Assembly: GCA_964651335.1 (NCBI GenBank)
Contig: CAZYVT010000014.1
Coordinates: 365-64,364, forward strand
Length of the DNA stretch: 64,000 nucleotides
Origin: an uncultured Enterobacteriaceae bacterium
GTDB lineage: Bacteria > Pseudomonadota > Gammaproteobacteria > Burkholderiales > SG8-39
Direction of reading: 5' to 3'
The translations under genes were made by a program, and so were the position numbers. The notes under the pieces were generated by a model. The model was not told where the DNA came from, did no database searches, and was given only the letters and a program-made list of their open reading frames with translations. Position 1 is the first letter of the stretch. Every line of letters starts with the position of its first letter. Positions 1-9,000 of the stretch are shown in pieces.

Positions 1-1029
1 TTCGACCTGCCTTGGTGGGGCTACGTGGCGGTAGCGTTGGTGCTGACTCACGTCACCACCGTCGCCGTCACGGTGTTCCTGCATCGTCATCAGGCGCACC
101 ACGCCCTCGACCTGCATCCGGCCGCGAGCCATCTCTTCCGCTTGTGGCTGTGGCTCACCACCGGCATGAAAACCAGGGAATGGGCTGCCGTCCATCGCAA
201 GCACCATGCCAAATGCGAGACCGCGGAAGACCCGCACAGTCCGCAGGTGCTGGGAATCAACCGGGTCCTGTGGGGCGGGGTGTTCCTGTACGTCAAGGAG
301 GCCGCGAATCGCGACACCATCGAGCGCTACGGCCAGGGCACGCCCGACGACTGGCTCGAACGCAACCTCTACTCGAAATTCGTCCTGCTGGGCCTGACCC
401 TCATGGGCGTGAACGACGTGATCCTGTTCGGCATCGTCCCCGGCGTCCTGATTTTCGTTACGCAAATCGCATGGATCCCGTTCTGGGCGGCGGGCGTGAT
501 CAACGGCATCGGCCACTATTGGGGCTATCGCAACTGGTCCACGGAAGACGCCAGCACCAATATCGTGCCGTGGGGGATCCTCATCGGCGGCGAGGAGCTG
601 CATAACAATCACCATGCTTTCGTTTTGTCGGCCAGGCTGTCGAGCAAGTGGTACGAGCTCGATATCGGCTGGATGTACATCCGGATTCTCGAAGCGTTGG
701 GGCTGGCGGCGGTCAAGCGCCTCGCGCCGGTCCCGCGTTTCATCGCCGCCAAGCCGGCAGTGGACCTGCAGACGTTGCAGGCGGTCATCACGCATCGCCA
801 TGATGTCCTGGCGCGCTACGCCAAGGCGCTCAGGCGCATCCGATTTGAGGAGGGAAGCGCGCATCAGACAATGCAGGCGATGCGCCGCGAGCTCGCCGCG
901 CTTTGGGGGCGCTCGATGGCCTCGCGGGAGCAGCTTGTCAAGCAACTGCAGGACTGGTGCCAGCGCGCCGAATCAAGCGGCATCGGGCCCCTGATTGCAT
1001 TTTCGCAACGCTTGCGCTGCTATGCCTGA
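1..1029 (+). CDS. Membrane fatty-acid (acyl-CoA delta-9 type) desaturase; 5' end lies outside the window
   Basis: The frame of ORF 25..1029 is open back to nt 1 (FDLPWWGY...). It carries the three histidine boxes of membrane desaturases (HRHQAH, HRKHH, HNNHH), separated by hydrophobic stretches. Confidence 0.85.
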   Translation, partial: FDLPWWGYVAVALVLTHVTTVAVTVFLHRHQAHHALDLHPAASHLFRLWLWLTTGMKTREWAAVHRKHHAKCETAEDPHSPQVLGINRVLWGGVFLYVKEAANRDTIERYGQGTPDDWLERNLYSKFVLLGLTLMGVNDVILFGIVPGVLIFVTQIAWIPFWAAGVINGIGHYWGYRNWSTEDASTNIVPWGILIGGEELHNNHHAFVLSARLSSKWYELDIGWMYIRILEALGLAAVKRLAPVPRFIAAKPAVDLQTLQAVITHRHDVLARYAKALRRIRFEEGSAHQTMQAMRRELAALWGRSMASREQLVKQLQDWCQRAESSGIGPLIAFSQRLRCYA

Positions 1030-1042
1030 GGACCCTCCGAAC

Positions 1043-1411
1043 ATGAGCGCCGAAACCGCGATGGATGAAGTCACCGATCTTATTGCCAACATCGAAATGC
1101 ACCGGCAGGAGATCCAAAGGGAAGCAGGGCTGGACGCGTCGCGCACCTATGCGCTTGGCAGGTTGCAGCTGGCGCTGCGGGGCGAGCAGGAAGAATCCCG
1201 GTTGCATGGTCCAGGCACCGAGCGCCTCGCAAACACCGAGGCTCTTGCGGTCGAGATCAGGAGAGTCGAGACACTCGCAGGCATCGCGAGCCAGCGCCCG
1301 ACCCTGAGAAGGGCATCGCCGGGACCGCTTCGGGAATCCCGGCGCGACGCGCAACGAAAATCCCCTGCATCCCACGGCAGGAAACCGATGGGGCGACATA
1401 CCAGTCGCTAG
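1043..1411 (+). CDS. Hypothetical protein (start taken at MSAETAMDEV inside ORF 995..1411)
   Basis: Open frame directly after the desaturase stop with moderate GC3. No recognisable motif. The competing antisense ORF 938..1399 looks like an Arg-rich shadow. Confidence 0.3.
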   Translation: MSAETAMDEVTDLIANIEMHRQEIQREAGLDASRTYALGRLQLALRGEQEESRLHGPGTERLANTEALAVEIRRVETLAGIASQRPTLRRASPGPLRESRRDAQRKSPASHGRKPMGRHTSR

Positions 1412-1455
1412 CTGCAGAAGAACCGCCGGATGCGCATCCTCACAGGAGAACTCGA

Positions 1456-1590
1456 ATGCCCAAGGGTCATCAACGAAGCAATCGTGAACCGAAGAAACCG
1501 AAGCAACCGAAAAAGCCCGTTTCTCCAGCTTCGTCCGCTATCGTAACGCGGGCAAGTACGGCCGCTCCCGTGCCCGGCAAAAAACCATAA
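1456..1590 (+). CDS. Small Lys/Pro-rich protein (44 aa, MPKGHQRSNREPKKPKQPKKP...)
   Basis: ATG at 1456 lies 8 nt after an AGGAGA Shine-Dalgarno; TAA at 1588-1590. Too short for the ORF track. It resembles the short basic MPKG..REPKKPK proteins common in proteobacteria (from memory). See the finding on the A6 run. Confidence 0.45.
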   Translation: MPKGHQRSNREPKKPKQPKKPVSPASSAIVTRASTAAPVPGKKP

Positions 1591-1826
1591 CGGGCGAGCC
1601 GCCTCCAGTACCAGAGGATTTCGACTGGCTGCGCAAGATTCAGGCAGCTACCGATGCGAATCGGGATCCGCCACCGGTTGCAAAGGAAATCGCCCGTAAG
1701 CTTTGCACGTTCGGCTTCGTAACTCCGAATGGCCGCGGCGGTCTTGCAATAACAGATCAGGGACGCGGAGCGTTGTTGGAACAAGACATGCGGGACGCCG
1801 AAGACCGCTGAATCAATAAGGCCGGC

Positions 1827-3005
1827 ATGAACACCACCCGGTTCTACGCCGAGCTCCCGGTTTTCACCGATTTTCGCGAGGTAATCCGCCCGGAGAGCTT
1901 CGCACCGCTCCCGGACGACTGGCACGTCGTGATGTCGGACGTGCGCAATTCCACCATCGCAATCCAGTCCGGCAGCTACAAGAACGTCAACACGCTCGGC
2001 GCCGCGACCATCACGGCGGTGCTCAACGCCGCGGGCGCGACCGACATTCCCTTTGTCTTCGAAGGCGACGGGTCGATGCTGTGCGTGCCCCCGGAGCTGC
2101 TCGACGACGCGCGCGCAGCGCTGCTGCATACGCAGGATTTGGCGCGCAAGTCGTTCGATCTGGATCTGCGCATCGCGACGCTCGGCGTGAGAAGCATCCA
2201 CGAGGCGGGCGCCAAAATCCTGGTCGCTCGTTACAGGGCGTCCGAGAATTACATCCAGGCCGTGTTCGCGGGCGGCGGGATGGAGTATGCCGACCGCTAT
2301 ATGAAGGATCCCGCCACCGCGCCGCTCTGCGCGGTGGAGCCGGGCAACATTGCCCCGCGCGGCAGCTTCGAGGGCCTGGAATGCCGCTGGCAGGACATCC
2401 CGAGCCGCCACGGTGAAACCGTCAGCGTGATGGTTCGGGCGCTCGCCCGGGACGCCGACGCGGCCTCGATCGTTTATCGCGAAGTCATCGCAAAGGTGCG
2501 CGAGATCTACGGCGCCGACGATGCCTGCCATCCCGTCTTCCCGCCCAACCTTGCGATTACCCTCAACAGTCGCCAGCTGGGCCACGAGGTCGGTGTTCGC
2601 GCAATGAGCAAGGGTCGCATCGGCAAATGGCTCTACCTGATGAAGACGCGCTTCTGGGTGCTGATCGGCTGGTACTTCATGCGCTTTGGCATACGCACCG
2701 GAAAGACCGACTGGGGCGGCTACAAGACCACGCTGGCGCGCAATGCCGACGTGAAAAAGTTTAAAGACGGTTTCCGGCAGATCCTGTCGGGTACCGCCGC
2801 GCAGCGCGAGGCGCTCACGGCATGGCTGGACGAGCGCTTCGCGCGCCGCGAGCTCGTGTACGGAGCGCACGTCACGAACCGCGCCCACATGACCTGCCTG
2901 GTGTTCGATTATTCGGGACGCCACCTGCATTTCATCGACGGCGCCGACGGCGGCCTGTTCCTCGCCGCCAAGGCGCTCAAGCAGCGCGTTTCAACGCTCG
3001 CCTGA
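1827..3005 (+). CDS. DUF3095-like protein (nucleotide-cyclase-like fold suspected)
   Basis: 392-aa ORF with high GC3. The N-terminus FYAELPVFTDF..LPDDWHVVMSDVRNSTIAIQSGSYKNVN matches my memory of the DUF3095 family. The antisense ORF 1470..2930 is rejected as a shadow. Confidence 0.55.
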   Translation: MNTTRFYAELPVFTDFREVIRPESFAPLPDDWHVVMSDVRNSTIAIQSGSYKNVNTLGAATITAVLNAAGATDIPFVFEGDGSMLCVPPELLDDARAALLHTQDLARKSFDLDLRIATLGVRSIHEAGAKILVARYRASENYIQAVFAGGGMEYADRYMKDPATAPLCAVEPGNIAPRGSFEGLECRWQDIPSRHGETVSVMVRALARDADAASIVYREVIAKVREIYGADDACHPVFPPNLAITLNSRQLGHEVGVRAMSKGRIGKWLYLMKTRFWVLIGWYFMRFGIRTGKTDWGGYKTTLARNADVKKFKDGFRQILSGTAAQREALTAWLDERFARRELVYGAHVTNRAHMTCLVFDYSGRHLHFIDGADGGLFLAAKALKQRVSTLA

Positions 3006-3045
3006 AGAGGGAAGATTCTCGGAGCGCCACATCCGCTCGCCGATC

Positions 3046-6000
3046 CTACCCTAGAATCACGCTCACCCGGTGGGTTCCACCATCATCGACGAGCGGAACG
3101 CGCACCGGGCCCTCCGGCAGCGCCTTGCCGTCCAGCTCGGCCCAACTGACTCCACGACTGACGCCGCGAGGGTTCTCGACCGCGATCTCGTAGCGTGCAG
3201 AGCGAAATCTGAAGACGATCTCGAACCCGGGCCACGCCTTGGGGATGCAGGGGGCGAGGAGCAGGAACGCTCCCTCTCGACGAACCCCGAGGATCGCTTC
3301 GATGCCGGCCCGGTACAGCCACCCGGCAGAGCCGGTATACCAGGTCCAGCCGCCGCGCCCCAGGTGCGGAGCAACCGAATAGACATCGGCGGCGACGGCG
3401 TAGGGCTCGACCTTGTAGCGCTGCACGTCTGCTCGCGTGCTCGTGCGGTTGATCGGATTCAGGAGCGAGAACAGGCGAGCGGCCTTGTCTCCCTGCCCGA
3501 GCGCGGCGAAGGCGATCACCGACCACGCGGCGGCATGGGTGTATTGGCCGCCGTTTTCCCGGATGCCGGGCGGGTAGCCCTTGATGTATCCGGGATCGAG
3601 CGGCGTGCGATCGAAGGGCGGCGCGAAGAGCAACGCCAGACCCTCGTCGCCGCGAATGAGCTGCTCGTCCACGGCGGCCATGGCGCGCAGGGCACGCGCT
3701 GGATCGGCCGCCCCGGAGAGTACGCTCCAGGATTGCGCGATCGAGTCGATCCGGCATTCATCGCTCGTGTAGGAGCCGAGCGGCGTTCCGTCGTCGTAAT
3801 AGCCGCGCCGGTACCATTCGCCGTCCCAACCGTCTCGCTCGAGCGAGGTTTGCAGCCGAGCCGCGTGCGAGCGCCACTTCGCGGCGTGCGCCTCTTCACC
3901 CCGAGCGCTCGCCAAAGGCGCGAACGCGGAAAGCGTCGCGTGCAGGAACCAGCCGAGCCAGACGCTCTCGCCTTTGCCCCGCTCGCCGACCCGGTTCATG
4001 CCGTCGTTCCAGTCGCCCGTGCCGATCAGCGGCAAGCCGTGTTCGCCGACGCCGAGGCTCTCATCGAGCCCGCGCGCGCAGTGCTCGAAGAGGGACGCGG
4101 TCTCGTCCGCGGGCACAGGCTGGAAGTACGAATCGTGTTCCCCGGGCCGTAACGCCTGGCCTTCGAGGAACGGAACTGGCTCGTCCAGCACTGCGAGGTC
4201 GCCGGTCGTCTCGACATAGTGTGCGGCGGCGTAGGCGAGCCAGATCCGATCGTCTGTAATGCCCGTGCGCACGCCCTGGCCGGAAGGCGGCAGCCACCAG
4301 TGCTGGACATCGCCTTCGACGAATTGCCGCGCGGCGGCTCGCAGGAGATGCGCGCGCGTCATCTCCGGTCGCGACAGCGCGAGCGCCGTTCCGTCTTGGA
4401 GCTGGTCGCGGAAACCGTAACCGCCGCTCGCCTGGTAGAACGCCGATCGCGCCCACAGGCGGCAGGCGAGCGTCTGATAGAGCATCCAGCGATTGAGCAT
4501 GATGTCCATCGACCGGTCCGGCGTTTTCACCTGGAGCGTGCCGAGCAGATCGTCCCAATACGCAACGACTTCGCGCAGGACCGCATCGAGATCGGCTGCC
4601 CGGTAGCGGGCGATCAGGGATTGCGCATCGGCCGCTGTAGCTGCCTCGCCGAGGAAGAAAACGATTTCCACTGTGCCGTCCGGTTCGAGATCGACCGGGG
4701 TTTGCAGAGCGCAGCAGGGATCGAGGCCGGCGCCGACCCGCTGCAAGAGGGGCGTTTCCCCTGCCAGCGCGGCCGGGTTGTCGAGCGCGCCATTGCGCCC
4801 AAGGAACTCCCGCCGGTCGCCGGTCCAGGCGCTCTGCCGACCGCCCAGATCCGCAAAGGCGACACGGGAACCGAACGTCATGTTCCAGGGGTTGCGCGCG
4901 AACATCGCGCCGGTCTCCGGATCGATCTCGGTCACGACCGAGAATGCAGACGCACCGCGCGAGGGCCCGAGTACCCACTCGACATAGGCCGTGACCGAAA
5001 GCCGCCGCGGTCGCTCTGACGTGTTGCGGATCGTCAGCCGCGAGATCTTGATCGGATCATCGAGCGGCACGTATTGGAGAAGATCGAGCGCGACACCGTG
5101 TGCGGCGTGCTCGAACCGGCTGTATCCCTGGCCGTGCCGTGCGATATAGGGCGCAGCTTCGTCACGGATCGGAGACGCCGTGGGCCCCCACAGCTCGCCG
5201 GACTCCTCGTCGCGCAGATAGAGGACCTCGCCCGGCCGATCGGTCACGGGGTCGTTCGACCAGGGCGTGAGCTGGTTCTCGCGACTGCCGAGCGACCATG
5301 TGTAGCCGCTACCCTCGACCGCCACTTGAAAGCCGAACGAGGGGTTGGCGATAACATTGATCCACGGGGCCGGGATCGACCGCCCGGCGCCGAGGATCGT
5401 CACATACTCCCGTCCGTCCGCGGCGAACCCGCCGAGCCCATTGAAGAATTCGAGGTTCGGCGGCGCCGGAACGGTCTGCGGCACGTCCGCGGGCGGCACG
5501 CGCCTCGGCGGCAGCGCGGCGGCGGTGTCCGCTTCCTCGAGACGGTTGAGCTGTTCGGAGAGCGTTCCGCGTCGTCCGGCATGCACCGCCCGGGCCATCG
5601 AGAGAAGCAGGGCGCGTGTCTCCGCCGAAATGAGATCTGCACGCAGCACGAACACCGAGCCGCGCGCGACGTCGGCTCCGATCTGCGGTCTGGATTGGCT
5701 CGTCCGGGCGAGTGTCTCCAGGGCGATCTGAAGGTCCTGGATATACGAGGATGCCCTTTCGTTCAGGATCACGAGATCGACGGCGAGCTGCTTCATCCGC
5801 CAGTATTCATGGGCTCGCAGCAACTGGCGGACGATGGCGATGTCCTCGATGTTGTCGATCCGCACCAGAACGATCGGGAGGTCGCCGGAAATGCGCTGCG
5901 CCCACAGCGCTGTCGGCCCGCCGCCGCCGCGGCGTATGGCGTCGGACGACGGACGCATCGACGGATCGGCGTAGAGCACGGCGCCCGCGAGACGCTGAAA

Positions 6001-9000
6001 CAGGCTCGCCTGATCCGGGTCGACGCCGAGGTGACTCAACTGCACTTGCGCCTGGGTCCATGCCAATGTGGCCGCGCGGTCGAAGGCCGTCGCGTCGTGA
6101 TGCTTGTCGGCCAGGTCCAGCACATCGCCACGGGACGATGCAACGACCGTCCAGAATGCGATGCGCACCACCCTGCCCGGCGGAACCCGAACGCGGCGGC
6201 GCAGCGCGAAAACGGGATCGAGGACGGTGCCGACGGTATTGGAGAGCGGCCGGCCATCCATCACGGCGATCGGCGCCCGAACCTCGCGCCCGCGACCGAG
6301 GAAGCGGGCCCTGTCGGTTTCGATCTCCGGCTCGCCCACCGCTTCGCCTTCGACGAAGGCAAGATGCGCCGCCCAGATTTCGGGCTCGGTGGGCGAGCGG
6401 CGCCGCCGGGTCGCCAGGATGGCGCCGATCCTGGCGAGATATTCGGTTTGCACGAAGAGCTTGGAAAAGGCCGGGTGCGCAGTGTCGGCGGCGGGCGGCG
6501 CCAGCACCAGCTCGGCGTAGGAGGTGAGCTCGATGTCCCGGGCCCGGTTGCCCGCATTCGCGACCGAGACGCGGCGGACCTCGGCGTTGTCCTCCGGCGA
6601 GACGACCACGTCCAGGATCGTGGTGATCGTTCCATCGCGCCGGATGAACTCGGCACGATCCTCGGTGAACGTGACGTCGTAACTGTCCGGTTCGATGCCG
6701 CTCGGCTGATAGCCCGCGGACCACACCTCGCCGCTCTCCACGTCTCGCAGAAAGACGTAGGCGCCCCAATCGTCGCGCGTGACGTCTTCGCGCCAGCGCG
6801 TGATCCCGAGCTCGCCCCAGCGGCTGTACCCGGAACCGGCACCCGTCAGCATCACGGCGTAGCGGCCGTTCGAAAGCAGGTGCGCCTCCGGCGTGACGTG
6901 GTGCGCGGAGCGGAACCGTCGCACCGCAGGAAGCTCCAGGTCGCGGACCGTGGATGCCGTCTCTACTTCCTCGGCCCTGGGATGAGCCACCGCGACATCG
7001 CGCGGCGTGCGTTCGTGCAGGAGAAGCTCGGTCGCCTGCACGATCGGCTCGGCATGAAACCGTGCCCGCATCTTGCCGTCGAGGAGACCGTTGGCGATGG
7101 CGACCACCGTCATGCCCTGATGGTGCGCCATGAAGGCGCGGACGATCGTGACCTCTTTCCCCTCGGGCAGACGCGTGCGCGTGTAATCCAGCGCCTCGTA
7201 GAAGCCGTAGCGGCCATGCGCGCCCAGCGCGGCGAATCGGGCGTAGTTGCGCGCCGCCGCTCCGGGATCGACCATGGCTGCGAGCGCCGTCGCGTAGGGT
7301 GCGACGACTGCGTTTTCGCCGAGGCCGCGTTTGAAACCCAGGCCCGGGACTCCGAAGTTGGAATATTGATACGTGAGCTCCAAGTCGCGGACGTTGTAGG
7401 CGGATTCTGAAATGCCCCAAGGCACACCGAGCGCGGCGCCATAGGCCATCTGGCGGCGCACGACGAGACGGCTGGTCTCCTCGATCAGGCTGCCAGCCGG
7501 TGCGCGCATCACGAGCGACGGCATCAGGTACTCGAATATCGATCCCGACCAGGAGATCAGCGCTGCGCCGCGTCCCACCGGTGTGACGGCGCGCCCAAGC
7601 CGGAACCAGTGCTGCGGCGGGACGTCGCCCTTGGCGATCGCCACGAAGCTCGCCAGGCGCGCCTCGGAGGCGAGCAGGTCGTAGCAGCTCGGGTCGAGAC
7701 TGCCCTCCGCGACCCGGTAACCGATCGCGAGGAGCTTGCGGTCCGGGTCGAGGAGAAAGCCGAACTCCATGGCGTTGGCCATGGCCCGCGCCGTCGTCTC
7801 GAGCGTCCCAAGTCGCCGTTCCAGGGAGCGGGCGGCGTCGGCGGTCTGTGTAACGTCCCGGCGGTGACTTTCGATCGACGCTTGCGTCGCCTCCGCCCAG
7901 AACAGCATTTCGGCGCCGGCGTCGTCGCCGCGTTCGCTCGCCAGCGTGCGGGCGATGTCGACCATGGTTGTGGCCTGAGGCGTGGCCTGCGCCAATCGGG
8001 CAGCGACATCCTTCGGCGATCTATGGTGTTCGGGGAGCGGGTCCTCGCGGAGAGCGGCCGCCAGCGCATCGAGCGCATCGCCAAGCTGTTGCCGCGTGAT
8101 CGTCTGCGTCCGCCGGTCGTCGGGAAGCCCCTGCAAGGTTTCGCGCGTGAGATCCAGACCGTCTTCGATGCCGGCAAATAATTCGGGACCTGCCTGCGGG
8201 CGGCGAATCCACTCCCTGCAGGCGATTGCAAGAGCGATCAGGTGCCCGGCCAGATTGCCGCTATCCACCGAAGAGATGTATTGCGGGTCCAGCGGGCGGA
8301 GGTCTCGCGTGTCGTACCAGTTGTAGAAGTGGCCGCGGAACCGCTGCAGGCGGCCCATCGTCGCGAATGTCGCTTCCAGCCGGTCGACGGTCTCCGTCGT
8401 CCCGGCCCATCCGAAGTCGCGGGCGCTGACCGCCGAGAGGAGGTAGAGGCCGAGATTGGTGGGAGAGGTCCGGTGCGCGACAACCGGCTTCGGGTCTTCC
8501 TGGAAATTGTCCGGCGGGAGCATGTGGTCCTCGGCCGTGACGAAGGTCTCGAAGAAGCGCCAGGTGCGGCGCGCGACCAGCCGCAAAGCACGGGCGTCCG
8601 CATCCGAGAGCGACAGGCGACCCGCCACGAGCGGCGACAGGCTGGTCCATCGCGCGATCGCCGGCGATGCGATCCAGGCGAGCACGAACGGCGCCGCCAC
8701 CGGCCAGGCGTCACTCCTTACCCACCAGACGACGATCGCAGTGACGATGCCGATCGCGACACCACCGTTCATCTGCCGATAGAACCCGGGGAGGTCGAGC
8801 CGGGGGCTCACCTTCGCCTGAGCTGCCGTGACCCAGTCGAGCAGATGACGGTGGCTCAAGGACAGACGAAACAGCGTCCGTCCGATCGCATCGGCCATCA
8901 ACCATGCCTGGTGCGCGAGGAACACGACCAGCAATGCGGACTGGGACAAAGCGAGGCCGACATCCGCGGCGAGGGCGCGCAGGTGGCTGCGTGCCGTGAT

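Noticed and set aside
5074-7410. Long plus-strand ORFs inside the ndvB region (5074..7410 of 778 aa, 9403..11181 of 592 aa, 3070..4152, 8242..9333)
   Set aside because: They lie antisense to a 2892-aa ORF with clear family features. Their products are Arg/Gly/Pro-rich with no motifs. These are typical high-GC shadow frames.
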